Source: the human T2T-CHM13v2.0 reference genome, Homo sapiens | Reading direction: 5' to 3' (one strand) | DNA: 64,000 nucleotides | NCBI RefSeq assembly: GCF_009914755.1 | Contig: NC_060931.1 | In this document: positions 47,791 through 63,037 of the stretch, piece by piece | How positions within the stretch are numbered: the first letter of the stretch is position 1 | Layout of the letters: each line of letters starts with the position of its first letter | The notes under the pieces: model-generated | Seen by the model: only the letters and a program-made list of their open reading frames with translations | Database searches by the model: none | Told to the model about the DNA's origin: nothing | Made by a program: the position numbers and the translations under genes

Positions 47791-50089
47791 CTGAAATCCC
47801 AATTTATGATTACAATATATTTATTTGAACTAAACAATCGTCTAATTTATTCCAGATTATGGCAAAATTAGCTTATAATTAACTGTTCTCCTCACTTTAA
47901 TTCAGAACACTGAATAAAATTGAAATTACAAATTGGAATAAAGACAAAACAAAGTTTTTATTGCCGGTGATGTTGGCAAGAAAGTTAGTAGTTAAGGTTC
48001 AGATGACTACTATATCTTCTTTTTGTTTAACTTTTGTCTAATCCACAGTTGCTGGATGAGGAAGCCCTACTGTCTCATGTCTTTATGTTATGGTTTAAGG
48101 TACAAAGTTTGCACGTGCATACAGCACTCTCACACACACAAATCCTATTTAAGTATTGAGGAAGGTAAAAGAAAGTGTTTTGATCCAAGGCTCACAATTC
48201 ACCTACTTTTTGCAGCAGATGACAGTTTCCTCTTTCAGGCTGTGGTTAGTCTTGATTTTTTCGCTGGGCAGGCTGGCAACATATGTGGCAGCATTGGGCA
48301 GGCTGGTACATATGCACATACAACTTCACCACAGGTCATGCCCAGAGCCAATAGCTGCTGAAAACTGTACATAGGTGGTCTTGACCCTTCGGACTCAGAT
48401 TTGACAGAATGCAGTATAGAAGAACTCACATTCTTGAAAGTGTCCTCAAGGTTTTTTTAAAAAAACTTTTTAAAATTTCAGCATATCTTTGCTTTCCTTT
48501 GATTCTTTTGAGGTTTAAGGGTGGTCACTGGCAGAATTACACAAATAGAGTGTTCACAGCTCAGCAATCCTTGGATCCACATTTGGAGTTCTACGTGGGT
48601 GGCACAGGAATAAATGCCAATAAGAAGCCAGGACAGATCTGTTAACAGAAGTTAATGCCTTGGGATAGAGCCCTGAAAGCTTCCATGAAAAGACCTGAAA
48701 GACTTAAAAATTATAATAGTAGAAAAAAGTCAATCCAAAAATTTCTAGTAACTTGAATACATTATTTTTTTCAAAAAAAGTATCTTTTCATTTATCCAAA
48801 AATTATTTTTGATACTTTCAATGTTAAGAGTCAAGGTAGCCTTTAGAATTGAGTTTGCTTCACATTCAATTTTTAAAAATTGAAGGGAGCCTACACAAGC
48901 CAGAAACAAAATGTCTTTGTGTTCCTACTCTAGCAGAAATGGGGTTGTGGAAAGGGTGGAAAGTGAAGAAAACATCACCTAAAATATACTCTATGAAATA
49001 TAACATGTTCTTCTAAATTTACCTCTTTCTATGCGATGTTATCAGTTATCCTGCTGCAACTAAAACCAAGTTCACTAAATTCAACATAACTACTTAATTA
49101 CATTTCCAGATTCCTAGTTAGTGCAGTATCAATGATCTGTGCCCATCTTTCTTGTTTTTCAAAAATATTGAACATTCTTGTCCTTACTGTTAATAAATAG
49201 CCTGCTCAAGGTTTTCAAGAAAATTTACAACAATTGAACAATTCATATTGTATATAAGTAAAAGTGCATACCTATGTATTTTTAATTTTTTTCAATTTTA
49301 GGTTTTAGGGTAGAAGCTATTCCAGATCCTGCTTCTGTCTGATTGGAGACATGATGAAATCTGAATAGACAGTTAAATAATTAATTTTTAATATCTCCCT
49401 CTTACCATTGAACATTAGAAGTGACCTAGGTTAAGAACTGTCCCTGCAGTTGCTTTCTACCTGGTTATCAGACCACCCAGGCTGAGCAGCCACAGGGCCC
49501 GATTTCTCTATCAAGGCGATATTTTCCTTCAGGAGTCGCATTGTATAGAATTGGCATTAAATGAGGGCCTCCGACAAGGCTTTCCTGGGACGTAGTTATG
49601 TGTTCTTCCCTGCCTCATTGCCAGGGTGATTATTCTCAGGGAAAAGCTATTTCCAGAGGGATTATAAGAGACTTGCTGGCTGCCAAAGGAGGGATTTTGA
49701 AAAAGTCTGTGGTGCTGGAAGAAACGATCCTAACCACATATGTTCCCTGAGATCTCACAGAGAGCAAAGTCATAAAAAGAGGCCCTTTGAAGAGAATTTT
49801 TTATCCTGTTTCTTCTATTGAAAAGTAATGGGGACTGACCCCATGGAGTTACAGAAGAGAGATTTAGCATGGGAAGCAGCATTCCTCTGTACAATTATGG
49901 AGAGTCTAGTGCTTTCCCCTGTAATTTAACAAGTCAGGAGGTAACAGACTCACTGGAGTCTCTATTGAGTCTGCTGGAGTTGTGCTGGAGGTAAATCCAG
50001 TTAATGAACTATTATAGCATCCACTTCACACTACTTCAGCGTCTTACAAGACCTTCATGAAGATGGGAAAGCATGAGGAAATCAAGTCA

Positions 50090-50310
50090 CAGGTTACATT
50101 TATGGAACACCTGCCTTGGGAGGATTGTTCCTATGACATCCTGTTGACCCTCACAGCCTTCTTAAGAGCCATGTAGAAAACAAAGACAGATTCTCTTTAC
50201 TTTGTAGATGTAGAATCTGAAAAAGTCAAGTGACTTGCATGAAGTCATTCTTCATAATCAAGTTGGAGCAAAGAATAAAGACTGAGACTCTTGACTCCAA
50301 ACCTATGGTC
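50090..50310 (-). mobile_element. MIR fragment
   Basis: TTTGTAGATGTAGAATCTGA...AAGTGACTTGC...TTGACTCCAAA. Confidence 0.6.
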
Positions 50311-50419
50311 TGTAGGCTAAAATTCTGAGGCAGCAAAGCCTCTGAGCAGAAATACCCTTTTTCCCTCATGGGCCCAGGAAAAATTGGGTAGTGGCCTCTG
50401 TACTTCTGGTGACTGTTCT

Positions 50420-50790
50420 GGTTATCTAGGCTGTGTAACAAACTACCCCAAAACTTATGGACTTAAAACAATAACAGGTATTTTATCATCTTTCATTATT
50501 TTTATGGGACTGCAATTCAGGAACGGCTCAGCTTGGCAGTTTTAGCTCTGGCATTTCTCATGTGATTACAGTCACAGTGGTTTGAGGTGGAGCAGGAGGG
50601 AAGCAAGGACAGCTGGGAGCTGGCTAGGCATATCTCTTTACATAGCTCAGGGCCTTTCCATGTGGACTCTCTGTGGGGCTTGGTTTGGGCTTCCTCACAG
50701 CAAGGTAGCCTCAGGGTAAGAGGGCTTTCTACATTGGCATCCTAGGGCTCCCACAGAAGTGTTTCAGCAAGCAGGGGGAAGCTGTATCTG
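50420..50790 (-). mobile_element. MLT1 (H/I/J-like) LTR fragment
   Basis: GCTGTGTAACAAACTACCCCAAAACTTA...TTAAAACAA and GGGCTTCCTCACAGCA. Confidence 0.8.
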
Positions 50791-50884
50791 AGGCTGGGAC
50801 TTAGAGAGATACAGCTTTGGCTTCTCTAATTGGAATGCTCCTTTGTAGAACCCACTTAGGAATTCCCCCACCCCCACACCTGCC

Positions 50885-51765
50885 TTTTAAATAGACTGTT
50901 TTTAGAGCAGTTTTAGGTTCACAACAAAACAGCAGAATGTACAGAGATTTCCACTATACTCCTTGCCATTCCCCTGCCCCCCAACTTGTTTAGCATTCCC
51001 TACTATCAAAATCTGGCACCAGAGTGGCACATTTGTCACAATCAATGAACCTACAATGATATATCATTATTACCCAAAATCCATAGTTTATATTAGGATT
51101 CAGCATTATACATTTAATAGGTTTTGACAAATGTATAATGACATGTATCCACCATTATAGCATCATACAGAGTATTTTCACTGCCATAAAAATCCTCTGT
51201 GCTCTACCTATTCATCTCTCCCTTCCCCTAACCCCTGACAATCACTAATCTTTTTACTGTCTCCAAAGTGTTAGCTTTTCCGGAGTGTCATATAGTTGGG
51301 ACTATACAGTATATAGCCTTTTCAAATTGGCTTCTTTCACTTAGTAATACACATTTAAGTTTCCTCCATGTCTTTTCATGGCTTGATAGCTCATTTCTTT
51401 CTGGTGCTAAATAATATTTCATTGTCCGAATATATCAGTTTATTTATTAATTCACCTACTGAAGGATATCTTGGTTGCTTCCAAGTTTTGGCAGTAATGA
51501 ATAAAGCTGATATAAACATACCAGTGAGGGTTTTTGTGTGTACATAATTTTTAACACATTTGGGAGGAAGTGCAGCTGCTGAATCATGTGGTAAGAGTAT
51601 GTTTAACTTCATAAGACTGTTTCAAACTGTCTTTCAAAGTGGTCATACCATTTTGAATTCTCAACAGCAATAAACGAGAATTAGGGGAGTTTCTGTTGCT
51701 CCACATCTCGCCAGTGTTTGTTATCAGTATTCTAGATTTCAGCTATTCTAACATGTGTATTAATT
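50885..51765 (-). mobile_element. Old L1 3' end (L1MC-like)
   Basis: TTTTTAGAGCAGTTTTAGGTTCACA...TACTGAAGGATATCTTGGTTGCTTCCAAGTTTTGG. ORF 51391-51612 resembles the ORF2 C-terminus. Confidence 0.88.
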
Positions 51766-51914
51766 AATATACACCCAAACTATAAAAGGAGTCTGGCTAA
51801 GAGTACAAAGAGGGTGGAGCTGGAGAGCTGACCAGCTCCAGATTTATAAGACACATTTTTTGCTTTGAGGTATCTCTATGGGAACACTTTGTTATTGATA
51901 GTGTTGAATATGAA

Positions 51915-52035
51915 ATACATCAACAAACACATATTTATTAAGCACCTAACATGTGAAAAGCATTGCACTGGGAGCTCTAATTGATGAAAGAAGAATGAGA
52001 TGGTCCTTCCCTCCAGAAAGCACAAAGTCTATTTG
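51915..52035 (-). mobile_element. L2 3' end
   Basis: CATCAACAAACACATATTTATTAAGCACCT...GGTCCTTCCCTCCAG. Confidence 0.6.
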
Positions 52036-53344
52036 GATAGACTTAATCTTGAAAAATTGAGCAATTAGATCATTAAAAAATGATTTAATATTTTATTACC
52101 CATTATGTACTCTGCAATACAAGAGGGGCTTTTGGCTCATTGAAGACATAACTAAGCTCTGTATTAGATTGGCCGTCTTATGGCAAAGACAGCAAAATCA
52201 AGGTGCCAGTACTGAATGGTAAGAAGCTAGAGAGAGAAGACACTCTAAGAGTGTGTAGACAGGGTACTGCACCCCACTCAATCTGAACCATCTGCCTCCA
52301 TACACCTATTCATGGCCCAATGAGGTCTACAGAGAGAAGCACAGTGGAGTCCAAGGATGGAGACATGCTGGGGGTTGAAGTCCTCTCAGGAAGTTTCCTG
52401 AAGAAGTAAGTGAATGTCGTGTATTATTGGAGAATAGATAAAATGGAGAAAAGAAAGGATGGCTTTTGGGATTAAGAGACAAAAATGGGAAAGTGGGAGG
52501 AACTTTCCAGGACTGGCTAGTTATCCCAGTTAACTGAAGTGAAAGGCTATGCAGGAATGAAGTGGGAGGAACAAAGGCCAGGATCAGTTTATCAAAAACC
52601 TTGACTATGCAGTCAAGGAAACTTTGAAATGTGCTGCCTATTGTGGAAAGCAACAGGGTGGGCTTGGCTGGAGATGTTTTTAAATAACACGCTACACCTA
52701 GACATTGAAGAAGCACCACTTAGCTACATTAGAATTTAAATGTTAGATGGATGGAACTTGATAATCACAGAGGTTTCTTCTGGAACCTGGGGCATATACA
52801 AAAGTTCCATTATGAAGATCTATATTTAACTAGCTAAGCATCTTTTACAGACTTTGGTCTTTGAGTGTTTGATCACTTCTTGTTTATTCTGTTTGGTGAA
52901 CCTGGTCCCACACAGCTTTCTCTAGGGCTTCCTAAGTACAGTACAAGTGTCTTCAGAAGGGTGAGGGAAGTTGTTCACTGCCACCTCCCCAGGCCTGTCC
53001 CTGCCTCAGGGGAGTGTGGGGGCTGCTCTATCATTACCAGTTCTTGGCACAAAGCTCTGAAAAGATGGACACAAGACTTGCACATTTGTGTTTTCATGGC
53101 TGAAGGCAGTTACCATTAGGTGACTTTTTTTTCACTAAAGATAAAAATAAAGTGATAAAAAAGCTTGCTTAGTCAGACTAATTCTACTCTCAGTTCCATT
53201 AAGGAAAGGTAGAGAATAAGGGGTAATTTTGAAGAAGATCAGTGTACCTTGGAGCCTGCATTTCTAGTACCCTTCTGTAAGCCAGTGGAGAATATTTGGT
53301 AAGATATTTGTTTGATGAAAATATGTAATGTATGTATATTAATG

Positions 53345-53420
53345 CATTCCCAATGCCTGAGCACAGTGCCTGGTACATAGGAGATTCTTAATAAATTGTG
53401 TTGAATGACTGAATTAAGTA
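53345..53420 (+). mobile_element. L2 3' end
   Basis: GCACAGTGCCTGGTACATAGGAG...AATAAATTGTGTTGAATGACTGAAT. Confidence 0.7.
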
Positions 53421-55009
53421 ATCTATGTAAAATAGTTGTAGAACAAATATCAAGAAAAATCATTAACATACTTCTGCTTGTAATACAGTCTTTTTCATTT
53501 GTTTTTGTTTCAAAGCACTTAGAAATTTTGGAAGGGGTGGGGAGAAGAAAGGCAACTTTTTTTTAAATTAAAAATCAACTCTAATTTTACTTTTTAGAAA
53601 TAATCGCTATTAACATTTAGGTGTATTTCTTCCAGTGTTTTTTCTATGCATATCTTTGTTCATATATAAATTTTAATGCATTTAAACCAAGTACCTAACC
53701 TGAAGAAGAGAAGCATAAATTAAAACATACTACATGGATTTACTAATTTTTTTTCCTTGATGTAGTCTTAGAACATAAAGGGATATACAAATATATACCT
53801 ATATCTTATATGAGTCATCATTAGCTTAATTACACATTTGGAGCCAGCTGTATCAACATACACAGGTCATATTATGCATATGCTACTTTTTGTTCTCAAT
53901 TTTAGCAGCAGTTATGGTTTAATTAATATTAAACTAAAACAAAACACAATTTAAAAAGGCAGATGAAAAACGCATATAGTTTTGAAACCATTCAGCTTTC
54001 TAATTTAAATAGCATTCAGCAGCGTGTGCCATTTGTCAACCCTGGCTTTCTTCACTAAGGCTTTAAGAAAAGAAGAGAGAAACCAGAGGCCTCTATGTTG
54101 TCCCATGTTGGTTATTTTGCTAGCACATGATTGCAGCCCCTGATCTAGGAGCCTGCAGTACAGAGATCTATGTTGAAGATAGCATTTGGGCCAGCAGCAT
54201 ATTTTAATACATTGGCATTGTGTAATTGGACACTATCCTTGTTTTCCATAAGCCTTGGAAAGCCATCCACATACTTGGATAAATGAAAGCTTTCGAGTAA
54301 AGCCCCTCCTCCCACCATCAATGTGCTAGATAAAATAATGGGCTTTTCTTAAGCATGACAGGGGATTTATATGAAGGGCATCTATTGTTTGGTTGGGATG
54401 TTTTCCCTTCCAGTTTCTTCTACTTTCCTATCTAGCTGTACAAGGGGTGTGATTAGGAGGGGTGAGGGGAGGCTGGTATGCGTTCTCCCAACCCTTCACC
54501 ACAAACCCAGCTGCCAGAGCTGAAGCAGCCACACAGAGAGCTAAGGAAACTTAAAAAACTTAATTAAGGGGGAAAAAAAAAAGCAAACAAAATAGTTTTA
54601 AAGTGGATTTACTTAGTGCCGTAGCCTTGCCAGGGAAACCACAGAGTCTGCATTTATATATTTCTTATATAAGACATATCTAATTAAAACAGGAGAGGGG
54701 ACAACAAGCTTTCTTCCAAGTTCATTTAAATACATGTTCATGTTATGTTTAAATTCCCTGTGGAGTAATGTAATGATGATCCAACGGCATAAAAGCAATT
54801 TGATTAAGCAACTGTAGACTTTCGTGAACACTTTTAGCCTTAAGTGCTTAGGATTCACTTGCCCTGCCATACCCTATATAAAAGCTATCTACCCTGGCTG
54901 GGCAGGCCCCCAAACCTGAAGACCATGCTTCCAATGTGAGAATGATTGGCCTTCACCTTTTTCGTATCCTTCTCCTGCCTTAGCTCTTTAACTCAAAGAA
55001 TATACTGGA

Positions 55010-55314
55010 GGCCAGGCGCGGTGGCTCATGCGTGTAATCCTAGCACTTTGGGAGGCGAAGACTGGCAGATCACTTAAGGCTAGGAGTTTGAGACCAGCCT
55101 GGCCAAAGTGGTGAAACCCTGCCTCTACAAAAAATAAAAAAATTAGCCTGGTGTGTAGGCACAAACTTGTAATTCCAGCTACTCCGAGGCTGAGGCATGA
55201 GAATTGCTTTTGGGAGGCGGAGGTTCCAGTAGGCCAAGATGATGCCACTACACTCCAGCCTGGCGATAGAGCGAGACTCTGTCTCAAAAACAAACAAACA
55301 ACAGCAACAACAAA
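55010..55314 (+). mobile_element. Alu (old S/J-like, with small deletions)
   Basis: Dimer with a (CAAA/CAA)n tail. TSD-like AATATACTGGA / AATATACTGAA. Confidence 0.9.
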
Positions 55315-55319
55315 AATAA

Positions 55320-55683
<364 letters not shown>

Positions 55684-55837
55684 TAATGATTTTAAATTGC
55701 ATGTCAGTTTAGAGAAATTATAATTGTTTACAAGTCACCTAAAATATCTACATTATACATACTATAATAAACAATTTAATTGGGGGAAGCAAAATGTCAC
55801 TCTCTTTTAGCTTATAAAACAGACTACATTTTAGGAT

Positions 55838-56002
55838 TGTACTTCTGAAAGTGTGATCTATGGTTCAGTGGCATCGGCATCACCTGAGAGCTTGATAGAG
55901 ATGTAGGATCTCAGTTCCCTCCCTGAACCAGCTGAATCTGCATCTGCATTTAAACGAGATACCCAGATGACTGGTGAGCACACTACAGTTTGAGAAGCAC
56001 CC
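55838..56002. mobile_element. MER5A-like hAT-Charlie MITE
   Basis: GGCATCGGCATCACCTGAGAGCTTG...GAATCTGCAT...CAGTTTGAGAAGCAC. Confidence 0.8.
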
Positions 56003-56196
56003 ATTTAGGGTGAAGGCATTCTAGGAAAATCCTTCTTTTCTCAGACCCAACTTCTTGAGACATTAGGTAGCTTCTCCAGTAGGAGTACTATGGAAAACAT
56101 TCTGTGTGCTCAAGAATCCCTTGGGAATATTGGCAGCCCTTTTTGATCTGATGGGCTCATTAGGAGCCTGATAAAAAAAATTAAAAATGAAGAATA

Positions 56197-56353
56197 GGCC
56201 TGGCACGGTGGTTCACGCCTGTAATCCCAGCACTTTGGGAGGCTGAGGTGGGCAGATCACGAGGTCAGGAGATCGAGACCATCCTCGCTAACACGGTGAA
56301 ACCCCATCTCAACTAAAAATACAAAAAAGTAGCTGGGTGTGGTGGCGGGCGCC
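56197..56353 (+). mobile_element. 3'-truncated AluY-like (left arm plus start of right arm)
   Basis: Alu sequence stops abruptly at GGTGGCGGGCGCC. No TSD found. Confidence 0.85.
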
Positions 56354-56404
56354 ACATTTTTATTTTCAATAAAAAATAAAAATAAATAAAAAATAAAAAT
56401 GATA

Positions 56405-56691
56405 GTAGAGTATAGTAAATACATAAACCAGTAAGTCATTTATTATCATTAACAAGTATTATGTACTATACCTCATTGCATGTGCTGTATTTTTATAGGC
56501 CAGGCAGCACAATGGGTTTGTTTACACAAGCATCACCACAAACACGCGAGTAACGTGTTACTTTATGATATTATGACTGCTACTACGTCACTAGGCAATA
56601 GGAATGTTTCAGCTCCATTATAATCTCTTAGGACTGCTGTTGTATATGTGGTCCATTGTTAACTGAAAGATTGTTATGCAGGGCATGATTG
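56405..56691 (+). mobile_element. Tigger3 (Golem/MER7)-like DNA transposon, terminal part
   Basis: AGTATAGTAAATACATAAACCAGTAA...TTTCAGCTCCATTATAATC...GGCATGATTG|TA. Confidence 0.8.
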
Positions 56692-57195
56692 TATTTAAAT
56701 TTGGTACCTGTGAACAAAAAAATTTCTTTAATATTATATTCCTATAGATGGCAAAATACAGTCTCTATAGAATGTTTATTCCGCTAGAGTTCCTGAAAAG
56801 GCTATAATTCCATCATACATCCATAAAGGAGAATACATCTGTGTTCTTTTTCTTTTCTGTTTTTGTTAGTATAGATCCCATTTGACATAACTTTGAAATG
56901 TATATTTCATTAATGGATGCATATGTTGTGACATTGTTACATTTTAAAATAATCTCATCCATTAAGAACATTATTGTACTATCCGAAAGGCCATTTGGAG
57001 TTCAAGTAAATAAGATAATTAAAATGAATGAAATAATTTTGTGATTTGCTCTAAGCATAATTCTAAGATCTTTGTGACAGTTGCTAATATGTTTGTAAAA
57101 AAATACTGTAGTCATTAATTGTCAAAGTCTTATTTTATGGGGGAGGAAAAAGTGTTTGTTTAAACACTCTTAGTCCGGCCTGGAAAATATTTAAG

Positions 57196-57483
57196 GGCCG
57201 GGCGCAGTGGCTCATGTCTGTAATCCCAGCACTTTGAGACGCCAAGGCGGGCAGATCACTTGAGGCCAGGAGTTCAAGACCAGCCTAGCCAACATGGTGA
57301 AACCTCCTCTATTAAAAACACAAAAAATTAGCCGGGCATGGTGGCGCACGCTTATAATCCCAGCTGCTCTGGAGCTGAGGTGGGAGGATTGCTCGAGCCC
57401 AGAGATGGAGATTGCAGTGAGCAGAGATCATGCCACTGTACTCCAGCCTGGATGACAAAGTGAGACACTATTTAAAAAAAAAA
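57196..57483 (+). mobile_element. Alu (Sz/Jb-like)
   Basis: Full dimer with A tail. Confidence 0.92.
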
Positions 57484-57704
57484 TTTAGACAGTCATATAC
57501 GGTTATATCATATCATTATTTCAGTTAATTTTAAGTTGTATATATCTAACAGTAATGTTATGTTCTAAAGTGAAAATTAGGTTTAAAAAACGTATTTTTT
57601 AAAATAGTGGGTAAAGTTTCTACTGACTACCAATTTATATCATCATTATTATCATTGTTAACTCTAATAATCACTTTTTATGTGCTAGTCACTAACTATT
57701 CTCA

Positions 57705-58032
57705 ATTTTTTTTGTTGTTGTTTGTTTTTTGTTTGTTTGTTTGTTTTGAGACAGGGTCTCACTCCGGTTGCTCAGGCTGGGGTGCAGTGGCACAATCTCA
57801 GTTCACTGCAGCCTCAATTTCTCTGGCTCAGGTGATCCTCCCACCTTAGCTTCCCGAGTAGCTGGGGCTACAGGTATGCACCACCAGGCCTGGACAATTA
57901 AAACAATTTTTTTGTAGAAATGGTGTCTTGCTCTGTTGCCCAGGCTGGTCTCGAACTCCCGGGCTCAAGAGATCCCTCTGCCTTGACATCCCAAAGTGCT
58001 GGGGTTACAGACATGAGCCACTATGCCTGGTC
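57705..58032 (-). mobile_element. AluJ
   Basis: Antisense, diverged dimer with a (TTTG)n tail. Confidence 0.88.
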
Positions 58033-58064
58033 TTCTAAATGCTTTTTACATATTAAATAGCTAA

Positions 58065-58384
<320 letters not shown>

Positions 58385-58411
58385 TAACAGATGCTTTTTA
58401 AGTACCTACCA

Positions 58412-58510
58412 ACATTCTCATTTTAAGAGGGGAAACTGAAGTCCAGAGAGGTTAAACAACTAGCCCAAGGCATAGACTTCAAAAGTGGCAGAGCTGGAAT
58501 CTAGCTGAAT
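58412..58510 (-). mobile_element. MIR fragment
   Basis: CATTTTAAGAGGGGAAACTGAAGTCCAGAGAGGTTAAACAACTAGCCCAAGG. Confidence 0.8.
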
Positions 58511-59066
58511 ATGACTTACTCACCTTAAATTTGTAATAATGAAGGATAGATACTGTATTCTTATATCAGACAAAACAGACTTCAAAGCAACAACAGTTTA
58601 AAAAGACAAAGAGGAACATTATGTAATGATAAAAGGATTAGTCCAACAGGAAAATATCACAATCCTAAATATATATGCACCTAACATGGGAGCTCCCAAA
58701 TTTATAATACAAGTATTACTAGACATAAGAAATGAAATAGATGGCAACAAAATAATAGTGGGGAATTTCAATACTGTACTGACAACACTAGACAGGTCAT
58801 CAAGACAGAAAGTCAACAAAGAAACAATGAACTTAAATTATACCCTAGAACAAATGGACTTAACAGATATTTACAGAACATTCTACCCAAGAACTGCAGA
58901 ATATACATTCTTTTCATCAGCATATGGAACATTCTCCAAAACAGATCATATCATGGGCCACAAAACAAGTCTCAATAAATTTAAGAAAATTGAAATTATA
59001 TAAAATAGCTTCTCAGATCACAGTGAAATAAAATTGGAAATTAATTCCAAAAGAAATCCTTAAAAC

Positions 59067-59370
<304 letters not shown>

Positions 59371-59834
59371 AAGAAATCCTTAAAACTATACAAATACATG
59401 GAAATTAAATAATCTCTCCTGAATGATCTTTGGATCAATAATGAAATCAAGATGGAAATTTAAAAATTCTTTGAACTGAATGATAATAGTTACACAACTT
59501 ACCAAAACCTCTGGGACACAGCAAAAAAAAGTGCGAAGAGGAAATTTCACAGCATTAAATCCTTACATCAAAAAGTCTGCAAGAGCACAAAATGACAACC
59601 TAAGGTCACACCTCAAGGAACTAGAGAAACAAGAACCCAAACCCGGCAGAAGAAAAGAAATAACAAAGATCAGAACAGAACTAAATGAAATTGAAACAAA
59701 AAAAAATACAAAAGATAAATGAAACAAAAAGCTGGTTCTTTGAAAAGATAAATAAAATTGATAGGCCAGTAGCAACAGTAATCAAGAAAAGAAGACAGAA
59801 GATCCAAATAAGCTCAATTAGAAATGAAATGTGA

Positions 59835-60384
<550 letters not shown>

Positions 60385-61371
60385 TCACAGCTGAATTCTA
60401 TCAGGCATTCAGAGAAGAATTGGTACCTATCTTACTGAAACTATTTCACAAGATAGAGAAAGAGGAATTCCTCCCTAAATCATTCTATGAAGTCAGTATC
60501 CCCCTAATACCAAAGCCAGAAAATGACATAAGAAAAAAGAAAACTACAGACCAATATCCCTGATGAACACAGATGCAAAAATCCTCAACAAAAATACTAG
60601 CTAATCAAATCCAACAGCATATCAAAAAGATAATACACCATGATCAAGTGGGTTTCATAACAGGGATGCAGCGATGGTTTAACATACACAAGTCAATAAA
60701 TGTGATACACTACACAAACAATTAAAAACAAAAATCACATGTCCATCTCAATAGATGCAGAAAAAGCATTTGACAAAATTCAGCATGCCTTTATGATGAA
60801 AACCCTCAGCAAAATTGGCATAGAAGAGACATACCTCAAGGTAATAAAAGCCATCTATGACAAACCCACAGCCAACATTATACTAAATGGGGAAAAGTTG
60901 AAAGCATTCCCCCTGAGAACTGGAACAAGACAAGGATGCCCACCTTTACCACTGCTATTCAACATAGTACTGGAAGTCCTAGTCAGAGCAATAAGACAAG
61001 AGAAAGAAACAAAAAGCATCCAAATCAGTAAAGAGGAACTCAAACTGACACTGTTCACCAATTATATGTTTGTATACCTAGAAAACCCTAAAAACTCATC
61101 CAAAAAGCTCCTAGATTTGATAAACGAAGTCAGTAAAGTTTCAGGATACAAAATCAATGTACACAAATCAGCAGCACTGCTATACACCAACAATGACCAA
61201 GCTGAGAATCAAATCAAGAACTCAACCCCTTTTACAACAGGTGCAAAAAAAAAAGAAATATTTAGGAATATGCCTAACCAGGGAGATAAAAGATCTCTGA
61301 AAGGAAAACTATAAAACACTGCTGAAAGAAATCATAGATGGCACAAATAGAAACACATCCCATGCTCATAG

Positions 61372-61991
<620 letters not shown>

Positions 61992-62882
61992 GACAACTGC
62001 CCTTTAACAAAGCAAACAAAAACATAAAGTGGGGAAAAGACACTGTATTCAACAAATGGTGTTGGGGTAATTGGCAAGCCACATGTAGAAGAAGGAAGCT
62101 GGATCCTCATCTCTCACCTTATACAAAAATCAGCTCAAAATGGATCAAAGACTTAAATCTAAGACCTGAAACCATAAAAATTCTAAAAGATAACCTCAGA
62201 AAAACAATTCTAGATATTGATTTAGGCGAAGACTTCATGACCAAAAGCAAATGCAACAAAAACAAATAGATGGTACCTAATTAAACTAAAAGGCTTCTGC
62301 ACAGTAAAAGAAATAATCAGCAAACAGACAGCCCACAGAGTGGAAGAGTATCTTTGCCAGCTATGTATCTGATAAAAGACTCATATCCAGAATCTACAAG
62401 GAATTCAAAAAAATCAGCAAGAAAAAAACAAATAACCCCATCAAAAAGTGGGCAAAGGACATGAATAGACAATTCTCAAAAGAAGATATACAAATGGCCA
62501 ACAAACATGAAAAAATGCTCAACATCACTAACGATCAGGGAAACGCAAATCGAAACTGCAGTGCAAAACCACCTTACTTCTGCAAGAATGGCCATAGATG
62601 TTGGCATGGATGTAGTAAAAAGGAGCACTTTTACATTGCTGTTGGGACTGTGAACTAGTACAACCCCTATGGAAAACAGTATGGAGAGTCCTTAAAGAAC
62701 TAAAAGTAGAACTACCACTTGATCCAGCAATCCTACTACTGAGTATCTACCCAGAGGAACAGAAGTCATCATCCAAAAAAGACACTTGCTCATGCATGTT
62801 TATAGCAGCGCAATCTGCAATTGCAAAAATATAGAACCAGCCCAAATGCCCTTCAATCAATGAGTGGATAAAGAAACTGTGG

Positions 62883-62897
62883 TGTGTATATATATAT

Positions 62898-62940
<43 letters not shown>

Positions 62941-63037
62941 ATGGTATTATATTACATATATATGTTATATATATATGTTTTATATATATATGTTTTATAT
63001 ATATATGTTTTATATATATATGTTATATATATATATA
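62883..63037 (+). repeat. Compound microsatellite (TA)n(CA)~19 plus 15-bp (ATATATATATGTTTT)n
   Basis: Read directly from the sequence. G residues recur at 62977, 62992, 63007 and 63022. Confidence 0.95.
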
